From: Octopus sinensis
Lineage: Eukaryota
Assembly: GCF_006345805.1 (NCBI RefSeq)
Contig: NC_042998.1
Coordinates: 48,856,001 to 48,920,000 of the forward strand
Length of the DNA: 64,000 bases
Direction: 5' to 3'
The position numbers and the translations under genes are program-made. Position 1 is the stretch's first letter; each line of letters opens with the position of its first letter. Under the pieces are notes generated by a model. That model was not told the origin of the DNA and did not search any database. It saw only the letters and a list, made by a program, of their open reading frames with translations. This document shows, piece by piece, positions 38,468 to 51,745 of the stretch.

Positions 38468-38617
38468 TCAGTTTACAGAAAACTACTTTAGAGGTTTGAA
38501 ACAGGTGGACCATTGTAATGTATTCGTGTGCCACTGAGTCTCTGATGGCTTTTAGATAGTTTTTTATATCATGATTTGTAAGCATTGCCAGAAATGGAAA
38601 TGGCATTGCATGATAAC
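38468..38617 (-). CDS. Candidate internal exon (150 nt, phase 1-1)
   Basis: Acceptor tcctcag| and donor A|gtaagc. Only one frame is open: YHAMPFPFLAMLTNHDIKNYLKAIRDSVAHEYITMVHLFQTSKVVFCKL. Confidence 0.5.
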
Positions 38618-38869
38618 CTGAGGATTTTTTTATGTATGTAAGATATGATATATAAAAAAAAACAAACAAAAAAAAGGATCAGGGGTCGTTTCCAAGCCAC
38701 AGGCTCAGTAAAGCTGGTTTCCCAGTTCTGTTGTGTTTATATTCCTCCTGGATGAGATGCTGGTCTGTCACAGAATTACTCATTTTTGCCATCTGAATGG
38801 ACTAGAGCAATATGAAATGAAGTGTTTTGCTCATAAACACAACAAATCACATACTCCAGGAATTGAATA

Positions 38870-39420
38870 CCTATTGTCTTCAGCACCCTCAGCCCAAGTT
38901 CCCTGGGTAACAGTCTCACAGCATTTGGGTAAGTCTTTGTTCTCAATCTGGAGGTTCATCTGTTTTGCCCTCAGGTATTTTTCCCTGCATACCCTGCAAC
39001 AAAGCTGGATGCTGTTTCTGCTTTTTCCACATCATGGTGTGCATCACATAACAGCCTCTTTTCATCATCCTGCTCAGCTGAGCATCATCTGCCAAAGTCA
39101 GTGTTCTTGTTTCTAACACTACCAACAAGTTCATGGCAGAGTTTATCTAGAAAGAAGTGAAATGTGTACACTCTCTTTCCAGTGGGGTGATGCAGTTTGA
39201 AGAAGCCCATCAACATGTATATGTTGTAGGCACCCCACATAAAAAACTTTACCATCAGATGCCTAGGCCACTTGTAATGACAGCAACACTTTTGAAGTCA
39301 AGTCATCTGGTGGATTATTTAGCATAAATGGTGCTCTACAAAGCCTGTAGTATCTGTCTGCCATCCTGAAGGAGTATTGGCTCTTACTCTGGGCAGAACA
39401 TTGGGCCTACCACCTTGTAG
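38870..39420 (-). mobile_element. Probable piggyBac transposase C-terminal remnant
   Basis: Minus-strand HQMT*LQKCCCHYKWPRHLMVKFFMWGAYNIYML..FFLDKLCHELVG..EKRLLCDAHHDVEK, then a shifted CCRVC. This resembles the D(3)-KW-AxNAY region and Cys-rich tail of piggyBac transposases. Heavily degenerate. Confidence 0.5.
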
Positions 39421-39719
39421 AAAATCTGCCTCAACGAATTCCACTCAACCCTTGTGAGCACGTTAAAGCAGACATGAAAGTGATGATGAATTTGATGATG
39501 ATCATGATCAGGAGAAGGAGGTCCAAAGACTAAGATTTATATAGTAAGCATAAATAAATGCTTAACACATTTTCAAAGTCATTAGCAACATAAGAAAACC
39601 CTTACTTTACAGCTGATCTTTGGTGTTTACTATCATAATCCAATTAATATATTTCTTATATAAGCACGGATTTTAAGATTATTAAGCAAAGCAAAATGGG
39701 AAACTATAACATTTATATA

Positions 39720-40236
39720 CAAGGTCTGATCAAAAATGTATCAGGAATTGTGCTATAAACAGAAAACTTCAACATATATATCAGTTCAGCATTTAATATT
39801 CTTCAAAGTAGTACACTTCTGAAAAAAAAAAAAAAAGCTACACATTTTATCCAGCATTGTTTCCATTGAAGGAAGCATTCCTGGAACTCCCTTTTGAGGA
39901 TAGCAAACAGCTGCCTCATTGCATTTTCTTGGATTTCCTCAATATCTTGAAATTTTGTTCCATCACCTGTCATGACTATTTTCAAAAAGATTTGACTTTC
40001 TCAACACAATCGAGGAGATTCTGTACAGATGAAACCCAATCTTCTTTTTGAAAAGACCACACTCTACACACTTTACTTCCAAACACCACTATAAATAACA
40101 GAAGTGAATGAGAATGTTATAACTTAGTGAGCATGCTCAACAGAGTTCAAAGTCAATCTGTGTCAAGTGGCTTCATGCTGCGTACTTCAGCTCCATTAAC
40201 ATGGCAACAGTCCCAATACATTTTGATGAGACCCTG
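39720..40236 (-). mobile_element. Internally deleted mariner-like element
   Basis: Imperfect TIRs caaggtctgatcaaaaatgtatc / aatacattttgatgagaccctg with TA on both sides. ORF 39803-39985 (FQDIEEIQENAMRQL..FQECFLQWKQCWIKCV) is a mariner transposase C-terminus. Confidence 0.75.
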
Positions 40237-40331
40237 TACTTTTCAATGTGCAAAATTCGAATGCAGCGTTCATATTCCAAGGACATAGCTCATGTAATAT
40301 TTGGTTGCAAATAGCCTGGTCCATAGCTTAC

Positions 40332-40438
40332 GTCACCATCTAACAGTAACAAATCTTTATGCAAATGGGTGAGCGCTTCAAATATATTGGATCTTTCCTG
40401 CTTTTGTATTGATTTAATGTTATATCTTTTTTTGAGAT
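40332..40438 (-). CDS. Candidate internal exon
   Basis: Donor GAC|gtaagc; the only open frame reads LKKRYNIKSIQKQERSNIFEALTHLHKDLLLLDGD. The acceptor (gag|) is weak. Confidence 0.25.
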
Positions 40439-40962
40439 CTCAGTTAAGATAGCATTGCCAAAAGCCAGCCATTCATAAATAGTACTAAAGGAGATGATAT
40501 AAAAGAAAAAGAATAATTAAATAAATTGATAACAGGATGACAATATTTAAATATACATATAATATATATATACACACACAAGCATTTATATATGGAGAGA
40601 AAGATAAGGAGGTATTTACATACATGCATAGATATAGATATAGATACACATTTATCTTAATATAGATATGCATTTCAGAATGTGTGTGTGTGTATGTGTG
40701 TAATTGGTGGTGCTTCTGCATAAATGCAAGGCATGTGATGCATGCCTAAGATGTATAAATAAATTAAATAAATGCAAATAACAAAGTTATAAATCAAAAT
40801 TTAATATAAATCTTTTATTTTTCTAGTCACAGTTAGAAAGAGGTTTGCATACTGTATGCATGCTACTTCAATTATATGGATTTTTAACATAGCATGCATT
40901 GGTTTAAGTATCAAGAGTCACTCTTGATTTCACATATGTGCGTGTGTGTTTACATATATACA

Positions 40963-41005
<43 letters not shown>

Positions 41006-41724
41006 ATGTCCTGGGTGCATTAAACTGCATGTGGTAAGTATTCAGTTTGGGAGTTTTGGAGTTGTGGGGAGCATAGAATTACCCCTTGATTACCTTTACT
41101 CCCAGCTCTGTCCTGGCCCAGAATGGTAGTTACTGATAGGTGCTCATCTTTGGGTTAAATAGATTTCCCAGAGATAAAGGAGGCTCTCATTATTTTTGAC
41201 AAAGCCATGGGGGAAGGCACCTCTTCTTGGAGAAAGATATCCTGACATGAAACTTGCATCCAAAAGAGTACCAATCATTTGGCAATGCTTGTCACTGGAA
41301 CCTATTAGGGCAAATGAGACTAGCAAAAGTGTTCTACAAGCTTTTGTCACTTAAAGCCAGTAACATACAAATGTCAGGGAAGATGAAAAAAATATTCATA
41401 CATATATATATATAAACAAATGAATAACAAATGATGGTTAAATGTTAGCTGACCTTTATCCATCATCTGTTATTATTCATTTGCTTATAATACACCATAG
41501 GGATTCACAACTCATTGGATACCCTGGAGTATACCAAACAATGTGTGATCAATACAACATATACTTTGAACCAGTCCCTAGGTGCTTAATACTCATAGGG
41601 GTGGTTTCCTTTGTGTGCACAACCTGAATATCCTACTGGATATTTAATCGACTACAGGTGGTGACCACAGATTTATCCAACCCTATCTGGTGCATATTCT
41701 TTTAAGTACCTGATTCTATCAGAA

Positions 41725-41758
<34 letters not shown>

Positions 41759-41776
41759 ATATGTATATATATATAC

Positions 41777-41831
<55 letters not shown>

Positions 41832-44522
41832 GAGAATATGACTCCAAACTTACAGGGAAAATTCAATTTAGTAATACTAAATCAAATTTCACAATATATA
41901 ATATATAATATATGTATATAAATTAGAGAAGAACCGCCATGTAGCAATTCAGCAATGATATAATTAAATCATACCATTTAGAAAAAAATTAAAGATATAC
42001 TAAAACATTTACCTAGAACTAAATAAAGTACAAAATAATAAATAAATAAATAGCATATAATTAGTAATATAATTATATACTATTTTGTACTTTATTTAGT
42101 TCTAGGCAAATGTTTTATCGTATATTAAATTTTCTTCCATATGGTATGATTTAATTATATCATTGTTGAATTGCTACATGGTGGTTCTTCTCTAATTTAT
42201 ATATATATATATATATATTCACTTAGGCATTGTGAGACTAGTAACCTGCTGTAGAACTCAATATACATACACTTCTGAACAAGGTGTTAGTCAAATACCA
42301 AGCAGTAATAATAAAAATAGATGAAAAAGGAATAAACGATTATCATATGAACTTCATTAGCTTACAGCTGTAAACTAATGAAATTCAAAAGATAATCACT
42401 TATTCCTTTATCATCTATTTTTATTATCTTTATTATATAATCCAATATGAGAGTTTCTCTGGTGGTATCAACTGCAGTATAGTTTGTTCTAACAGGACAT
42501 TCATGTTTAAGTGGAGATAAATATTACCTCTTGGTATAAATACTTCCTTTGTCCCAAATGTGTGTGTGTGTGTTAGAATTACAAAGGTCATCCAACCATA
42601 GAAACCAAGCCAAATCAGACTGGAACCTGGTGCAGCTCTCCAGCTTGCCAACCCTGGTCAGATTGTTCAACCCATGCATAGAAAGCAGACATTGAATAAT
42701 AATAATGATGATGATGATGACGATGACGATGATGATGATAGTGTGTGTGTGTGTGTGTGTGCAAACCTAAAAAAATCTCAAAGGAAAAAGAATGATAAAG
42801 CATGTAATTGTTTATGTAAAGTATTATTCATTCCATATAACAATATAGGCATTCAGCTAGGATATCTCTGGAAGTAACCAGCTGTTGATAGTGTGTTGTT
42901 ACTGTGTCTGTTATTACTATTACTGCTACTGTCCATACTTAATGATACTGCTACAACAAATACAACAAATGGTAATGACAATTGTTTGTTACATAAACAT
43001 CAAGCCTGAGTTCAGTAGAAAGGTCTAGGTAGGAAGTAGAAATGTTGATGCCTTTCCTAGAAATATTAACAACATAAATAGTTTCAATTGGGAATCAAAA
43101 CTGACTTCTGGACAGAAATGGAAACTCATTTTTACCAAAGCTCAACTTACAGTTCACTAATTTTTATTTAAACCAAATTTACAGAAAACTCATTTTTACC
43201 ATTTCATTTTGGGATTTGGTTTGCAAGATTCTTTGTATGAATTCGTGTGTTGAAGCATATTCTCTTGTGTCTGGGGAGAGTCATTTTCTTTTTGTGCCTT
43301 ATAATGTAACACACTCACCAGTAAAATTTCCACTTATTTCTTATTTTTATTTTCCTAAAATTTTTACCTAAAACTCAGTTATGTAGTAACTTTGTTACAC
43401 AAAAACTATTTGCTGGTAATTCGGTTTTTACTCAGTTTGCTAGTAACTCCTTTTTGATTTTTTACTCAAAGTTCAGCTTGCTGGAAACTGACTTTTATCT
43501 AAAATTCAATTTACTCAGAACTCATTTTTACCTAAAGTTCAGTGTAGTGGGTACTTAGTTTTACCAAAAAATTCAGTTTACCAAAATAATAATAAAGATT
43601 ACTTACACAAAAGAGCACCATTATCATCATTTAACATTCGTTTTCAAGATGGCTTGACAGGAGTTGGCAAGGCCAGGGGCTACACCACGTTCCATAATCT
43701 TGGTTTCTACAGTTGGGTGCCTTTTCTAATGCCAACCACTTTACAGAATGTACTGGATGGTTTTTTGACATGGTACCATCACCAGTGCTTTTTACATGAC
43801 ACCATCAATAGTGCTTTTTACCAATTATGATTAATAAAACAAGTTATGTTTTATCATTTCTTGCATTGGCATAAAGTTGCAGATTTGTAAAGGAAGACTA
43901 TGTTAAAATAAATTAGATTTTATGGATCTAATTATATGCTTACTTTAACAAAGAAGATCAAAAACATTATAAGACTGGTTGAAATAAGAAATTCCACAAA
44001 TATTATATAGTACATTTCCAGTCTGGCATATAGGAAAATTTTACCTTACTTGGAAAAGTGGATATTAAATCATGATGATGATGATGATGATGATGGTATA
44101 TATATACATATATAAATATTCTTTTACTCATTTACTTGTTTCAGTCATTTAACTGTGGCCATACTGGTGCACCATCTTGAAGGGTATTGAGTCAAACAAA
44201 TCAACCCCAGGGCTTAGTTTTTCTAAGCCTAATACTTACTTATTCTATTGGTCTCTTTTGCTGAACTGCTAAGTTATAGGGACGTAAACACACCAACACT
44301 GGTTGTCAAGCAATGATGTGGGATAAACAGAGACCCAAAGACACACACACATATATATGTATATATGATGGGCTTCTTTCAGTTTTATCTACCAAATCCA
44401 GTCACACGGCTTTAGTCGGACCAAGGCTATAGAAGACACTTGCCCAAATTGCTACACAGCAGGATTGAACCAACAGCTATGTGGTTGGGAAACAAGCTTT
44501 TTACTACACAGCCACGCCTGCA

Positions 44523-44524
<2 letters not shown>

Positions 44525-44564
<40 letters not shown>

Positions 44565-44844
44565 TATATATATATATACATATATATATACATATATATA
44601 TACATTTATACATATATATAGAGACATATATGTATATATATACATACACATATATACATATATATATATGTATATATATATATACACACACACACACATA
44701 TATATATATGTGTATGTATATATACACACACACATATATGTATGTATATATATGTGTATATATATGTATGTATGTATATATATGTGTATATATATATGTA
44801 TGTATGTATATATATGTGTATATATATGTATGTATATATATATA

Positions 44845-44875
<31 letters not shown>

Positions 44876-45302
44876 TATTGCGTCTGGGGAGAGTCATTCA
44901 TTCTCTTTAATGCTTTATTACTTAACACACTCACCAGTTCGATTTCCAAAGTAAATTAGTGGAAATCAAACCGGTGAGAGTGTTAAGTAATAAGGCACTA
45001 AAAGAGAATGACTCTCCCCAGACACAGTAAAATATGCTTCAACAAATTCACATAAAGAATCTTGCAAACCAAATACAGAAACGAAATGTATGTATGTATG
45101 TATGTATGTATGTATGTATGTATGTATGTATGTATGTATGTGTGTGTGTATGTATGTATGTATGTATGTATGTATGTGTGTGTGTGTGTATGTATGTATT
45201 TATGTATGTATGTATGTATTTATGTATGTATGTATGTATGTATGTATGTATGTATGTATGTATGTATGTGTGTGTGTATGTATGTATGTATGTATGTATG
45301 TA

Positions 45303-45333
<31 letters not shown>

Positions 45334-45420
45334 ATGTATGTATGTATGTATTTATGTATGTATGTATGTATGTATGTATGTATGTATGTATGTATGTATG
45401 TATGTATGTATGTGTGTAGG
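44525..45420. repeat. (TA/CA)n and (ATGT)n microsatellite blocks flanking a palindromic element
   Basis: 44525-44875 TA/CA; 45085-45420 (ATGT)n. Confidence 0.9.
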
Positions 45421-46006
45421 TATGGTAGGGCAAACAGGAAAAGTAAATCTCAAAATATGAGTGTATTACATTTTATAAATAATTAGCAGAAGCAACAGAG
45501 TGATTCAAATGCTGAGAGTTTCATGTGTTGGCACTTATCAAACTATTTCTGCTAAATATTAATATAAATATATATAAGAGATAATGGTGTCATTGACACC
45601 CTAAGGGGTCAGGTAATGCTGAATAAGTGCTATAGACAGAGACCATAGTTAATTTCCAGATTCAGTAATATTGCGAATAAAGGGTTTAACGTTGGTTCTA
45701 TGTCAGCGTGTGTATAAGAATTTTTTGCGAAATAAGATAAAATAAAAAACCAAGGCTGTATTCAGACTTGGTTTTTTTATCTTATTACGTAAAAAATTCT
45801 TATAAAAATATATATATAATTGTTTAATATCTTATTGGTCACTATACACAAGTTATGTGAAACTCTGAGTAACAATTTGTGAAGTTTATAGGTTTAGTAA
45901 AACATTATATTTTACTCTTCCCTTAGTATTTGAGTGTTATTTTTTCCACTTTGTTTTTAACCTATGTGCTCACATGCATGTGTGTGTGTCTTTGTTTGTG
46001 TGTCTT

Positions 46007-46058
<52 letters not shown>

Positions 46059-47780
46059 TGTGTGTGTGTGCATGTAGGAAAGTGCTGTCTACTTTCTATG
46101 CTATGTATGTATGTCTGAATGGGATGGAGTGTAAATATGTGTATATCTGTATTTGTACAAATGTCTATATGTATCATTGTATGTTGTAACCATCTGCAAT
46201 GCTAAGTGATCCTATAAGCAGATGCTGTCATTTCTCTACTCTGCCTATGCCTTTAAGACACACAGAAACACTCACATGCATCCATGCATCCAGTTTTCCC
46301 AGGGCCTAAAAATCAACATGAATATGGCTCATCACTCATTTATGAATATCACTTTATCTCTATCTTTATTCCTTTCATCACCATTATCACCTACATAAAA
46401 TTCCATTACAACTACTGCTACTACTACTACTAAATAGTACAAACAATGCTGACATATTCTACTACTGTTGCTTGTTTTTCCCCCACTTCTAACCTCCATC
46501 CTTCATTACCACAGTGATGACTGATGTGGATAACGGATGACTAGGTTCCTCATCTCATCCTCATCGTAATCACCTCCATCACCACTACTGCCACCACCAA
46601 CACCACAATCATTGGTTTATTTCTACTACTATTTCCTCTACCTTTTCAATGCTCCTTTAACGCTCTTCTACAGCACGCTGTACATCATGCAGTCTGTGCA
46701 GAATGCATGAAGCAAAATCTAAGCTGCATTCAGACCACACCATGCAGCCAGGTGAATTCTTTATCTGTTAATATTATACACAACAACACTATTAATGTAC
46801 TGTGGAATAGTGTTCTGTTTGTTACCTGTAGCATTTACATACAGCATACTACACTGGTTGACTGATCTAGAGCTGCTAGCTGACTTATCACATTGGTATC
46901 AGGTTTAATTGATTATGTCTAATACCTGGAAATTAGTAATTGCTAACACTTTGAATTCGTCTTCATTAATTCATCATTTAATTCATTATCATAATCAGTG
47001 TCATATTCGTTACCTTGTCATCCTCATTACCTTGTCATATTCGTTACATTGTCATCATAGTCATTACCTCGTCATATTTGTTACCTTGTCATCATAACGA
47101 TCATCACTGTTAGTTGTCAATATTTCTACCTGTCACACTGTCTTTATCGGCAACATTGTCACACTAGACATCATCCTTCATCCTCCTCCCCCTACTCTTC
47201 ATCATCATCATCATCATTGTCCTTACCATCGTCATTGTCATCATCATCATTCTTCTACTGTCAATGAGTACTCATAACTATAATCATTATTGATGTTATC
47301 TGTACATTATTTCATGCTGGCTGTAAACACCTGCCACTTCTTATCAGCATCAGCATCAGTATCACCATCAATAGCATCATCACCATCATCAGCATCAGCG
47401 GTGTGTTTTCTCTCATGAAACCCCCTGCAACTGACATGCAACCTCTCATTCTTAAAGGCAAAGACTCCTACAATAAACTAACCTTTTCAAACCCCATTAT
47501 GATAAAAATTGATCTCATCCATCTTTTTTTGTCATCTGCTCCAGGAGGACCATTGTGGATCATAAACATTTCCCCCTCCTCCAAGGATATAATTGTGATT
47601 TTTTTATATTAAAACATACTCACAGATTTTTAAGAAGATATAAGTCAATGTATTGACCCAGTAGATGACTGTGTGATGGTATCTTCCTATAGTCTACTGT
47701 TTCTGCCACTCCTACATATATGTGTGTGTGTTTGTGTGCATGTGCACGTGTGTAATTGTAAGTGTATGCAAGTATGTGTT

Positions 47781-47839
<59 letters not shown>

Positions 47840-48479
47840 AATCGTCGTCATCGCTGTTGTTGTTATCATTTTGACATCCACATTTCCATGCTCGCCTATA
47901 AGTGATTTACAGATAAATAATAATGAATTAATAAATAAACTAAATACATAATTAAAGCAAAATAACAGGTGTTATGTAATTAGATTCTTTAACTTGAAGC
48001 TGTTTCTGTTGTACTGAACACTACACTGAGTGGTAAGTGCCAGTGTGACTTCTCACATCTTCATCAGAGCCTTTAATGATCATTTATTCCAGAATATTAT
48101 GCTCTTCAATTAAGGTGGTGAGCTGGCAGAATCGTTGGCATGTTGGGCACAATGCTTAACAGCATTTTGTCTGTCTTCACATTCCGTGTTCAAATCCTGT
48201 CGAGGCCAAGTATGCCTTGTATCTTTTTGGGATCCATAAAATAAGTACCAGTTGAATACTGGGCTTGATATAACCAACTTACTCCTCCCCAAAATTGCTG
48301 GCCTTGTGCCAAAATTTGAAACCAATATTATTCTCTCTACTTGAGTAGTGCTTTATATGTGAGTTCAAGTAATGGATTTTTGTGAATTCACCCTATTTTA
48401 AAGCTGGAGCTTATGACTACACAATATTAGAGTATATTGAGTTCTATGATGTGGTTATTAGTCCTCCTCTGGCTCATCA

Positions 48480-48800
48480 GCACGATAAAAGGATAAACGT
48501 CATCCTTTTCAAGCCTAGCCAGGCTCATGGGCCCGGTTTCCCAGTTTCTGTGGCGTATGTGTTCCCCCCAGCTGGACGGAATGCCAGTCCATCGCAGCGT
48601 TACTCAAGAAACAGGTAGAGAGAGTGAGAAAAGGTTGTGGCAAAAGAGTACAACAGGGGTCCACCCCCCTCCCTGTCGGAGCCTCATGGAGCTTTTAGTT
48701 GTTTTCGCTCAATAAACACACACAACGCCTGGTCTGAGAATCGAAACCGCAATCCTCCAGCCATGAGTCCGCTGCCCTAACCACTGGCCTATTGTGCCTC
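48480..48800 (-). mobile_element. tRNA-headed SINE family S3
   Basis: Minus-strand head with A box (ggccagtggttagggc) and B box (gtttcgattc). Head copies at 5510-5645 and 7265-7372. Confidence 0.75.
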
Positions 48801-48839
48801 CATAGCTCATCAGAATCATAAGATATATATATATGCCAC

Positions 48840-49905
48840 TGGCATGGGTGCCAGTTATGTAGCACTAGCATCAGCCATGACTACGATCTCACTTGGCTTG
48901 ACAGGTCTTCTCAAACATGGTATATCACCAAAGATCTTGATCACTTGTCACTGGCCCCATGCAGCCCAATGTTTCAATAGTGCTTTTTACATGCCACCAG
49001 CATGGCTGCAAGTTATGCGATGCTGGCATCAGCCATAACTACGATTTCACTTGACTTGGTGGGTCTTCTCAAGCCTGCCATATCACCCAACATTCGAGGG
49101 TGCTTTTTATGTGCCAATTATGTGACACTGGCATCAGCCACAAATATAATTTCACTTGGCTTTATGGGTCTTCTCAAGCATGGCATATCACCAACTGTCT
49201 CAGTCATTTGTCATTGCCTCCATGCTGCCCAACATTCAAACATCATGCTCCACCACTTCGTCCCATGTCTTCTTGGGTCTACCTCTACCACAAAAATACC
49301 CTCCACCATTAGAGTTCGGCACTTCTTCACACAGCTATCCTTGTCCGTATGCATCACATGAACATACCAACACAGTCATCTCTCTTGCACACTATATCCA
49401 ATGCCACTTACATCCAAATTTTCTCTCAAGATGCTTACACTCTGTCATGCATATACATTGACATTACACATCCAGCAAAGTATAGTAACTTCATTTCTTT
49501 CAAGACTATGCATGTCTTTGGTAGTCACAGCTCATGTTTCACTGCATGTAGCATGGCTGTTCATACACAAAACATCATACAATCTACCTTTCACTCTGAA
49601 AGAAAGACCCTTTGTTATCAACAAAGGTAAGAACTTTCTGAACTTTGCCCAGCCTATTCTTATTCTAGCAGCTACACTCTCAGAGCATCTATCCCCACTA
49701 TTGACTTGGTCACCTAGGTAATGGAAGCTATCAACTACTTCTAGTTTTTCTCCCCTGGCATTTGATAAAGTCTATTTTCTGTACATTTTAGTGTTAATTG
49801 TACTTGTGCACCTTCCACACACAAAACTTATTTTCCCTGTCAACCTTCTTCTGGTATTGCTGCACCTAATTATGTGTCCATAGCTTACACTGGGTTCATC
49901 TTATG
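48840..49905 (-). mobile_element. RTE-clade LINE 3' portion (RT C-terminus plus repeated 3' UTR)
   Basis: Minus-strand EKLEVVDSFHYLGDQV..ARIRIGWAKFRKFLPLL..RVKGRLY..ET*AVT..LCWYVHVMH..GRGRPKKTWDEVV, with stop at 49152-49154. An upstream CGRC Cys motif and a triplicated 3' UTR segment (48840-49200) are present. Confidence 0.88.
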
Positions 49906-49950
49906 GAGTTTCTACCTATACCTTTTCTATTATAAAGATATATATTTATA

Positions 49951-50011
<61 letters not shown>

Positions 50012-50189
50012 TGAGTTAAGTTAGAGGTTATAACAATTGTCTAAGCAATACTTGTATCCAATGAATCCGCTGGTGTATTACCTATATTTAATCATGAGCA
50101 TTGGTATTAATGCTCATAAATGAAGGTAATGACAGAAATAAGCTATATCTCAATATTCTAGGAAAGCAGAAAATGGAGATACAATTGAT

Positions 50190-50605
50190 TACTCTTTTAC
50201 TCTTTTACTTGTTTCAGTCATTTGACTGCGGCCATGCTGGAGCACCGCCTTTAGTCGAGCAAATCAACCCCAGGACTTATTCTTTGTAAGCCCAGTACTT
50301 ATTCTATCGGTCTCTTTTGCCGAACCGCTAAGTGACGGGGACGTAAACACACCAGCATCGGTTGTCAAGCAATGCTAGGGGGACAAACACAGACACACAA
50401 ACATATACACACACACTTATAATATATATATATACATATATACGACAGGCTTCTTTCAGTTTCTGTCTACCAAATCCACCCACAAGGCATTGGTCGACCC
50501 GGGGCTATAGCAGAAGACACTTGCCCAAGATGCCACGCAGTGGGACTGAACCCGGAACCATGTGGTTGGTTAGCAAGCTACTTACCACACAGCCACTCCT
50601 GCGCC
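50190..50605 (-). mobile_element. SINE family S1 full-length copy
   Basis: Reverse complement of the 23194-23603 copy over its full length. Confidence 0.85.
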
Positions 50606-50668
50606 TATTAATAACAATCTCAACTTACAGCTGTTTCTGTTAGCATGATTCCCAGGTTTAACTACCAC

Positions 50669-50712
<44 letters not shown>

Positions 50713-51044
50713 TAATAATAATAGTTATCATTGTGAGTAATTAATTATACCAATTTGAATCATGGAACTTCAGCAGAGCAGAAAAGTAAGTAAAATAAGA
50801 ATAAAAAGAAAAACAAGAAAAAGGAGAAAGTGAGAACGGTGATAATCAATTCATGCTACATGCTGACCCACTGGGAAACATTCGGAATGTTTCCCAGTGG
50901 GTCAGCATGTAGCATGAATTGATTATCACCGTTCTCACTTTCTCCTTTTTCTTGTTTTTCTTTTTATTCTTATTTTACTTACTTTTCTGCTCTAATGAAG
51001 TTCCATGATTCAAATTGGTATAATTAATTACTCACAATGATAAC

Positions 51045-51078
<34 letters not shown>

Positions 51079-51079
51079 G

Positions 51080-51586
51080 AGTGAGAGAGCAGTGCATGCC
51101 ATCAAAGTGACACTGGGGTAAAATATACGAAGCCCAATATACCCATCATGACTACCCGTCTGATAAAGGTACACCAGGCACATGCATCACAACCATATGT
51201 GCGCGACATGGTGATCTCATATCAAGATAAACAGCACATGACCTTGCAGGTGGGGCTCAGTTAGAATTTTCTTCAGGTTGAGTAGCCCATCCCGCTCAAA
51301 AGGTCTCTGAATAAGGGTTGTTTAAGGATGTTGAAAGAATCACCCATGTTTCCAGAGGTGAATTATTCAAACCCTAAAGAATCCCCCCCAACACATGGCC
51401 ATGATGCTCCCCCACTACTTCTGCTCGTGATCAGAGATGCACATATCGTCAGCCACAAAGGGACATGCTCAACTGGTTAAGGTCAAACAACTGACAAGCA
51501 AGTCTGTGGTATTGAGCAGAATATTTGCTGTAACCCATCTTTTATACCAAGACAAAACAATGTACATACCAAGACAAAACAATGTA

Positions 51587-51588
<2 letters not shown>
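51080..51588 (-). mobile_element. About 500-bp interspersed element with (AAT)n on both sides (non-autonomous or LINE-tail type)
   Basis: Flanked by (ATT)n at 51046-51079 and 51589-51629. A partial copy in the opposite orientation lies at about 59240-59390. A 23-bp terminal duplication taccaagacaaaacaatgtacat occurs at about 51545-51590. Confidence 0.6.
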
Positions 51589-51629
<41 letters not shown>

Positions 51630-51698
51630 GTGGTAGTTAAACCTGAGAATCATGCTGACAGAAACAGCTGTAAGTTGAGATTCTGTCTTTTTGTACGT

Positions 51699-51745
<47 letters not shown>

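Noticed and set aside
44427-45486. Long YI/CV/MYVC ORFs here and at 4.8-5.4, 17.6-19.1, 20.6-21.0, 57.0-57.7 and 63.3-63.9 kb
   Set aside because: They are stop-free translations of TA/TG/ATGT microsatellites.
46674-46751. Plus-strand 78-nt exon with good splice signals
   Set aside because: It is isolated, opposite to the other candidate exons, open in two frames and without a recognisable peptide, so it is not supportable without transcripts.
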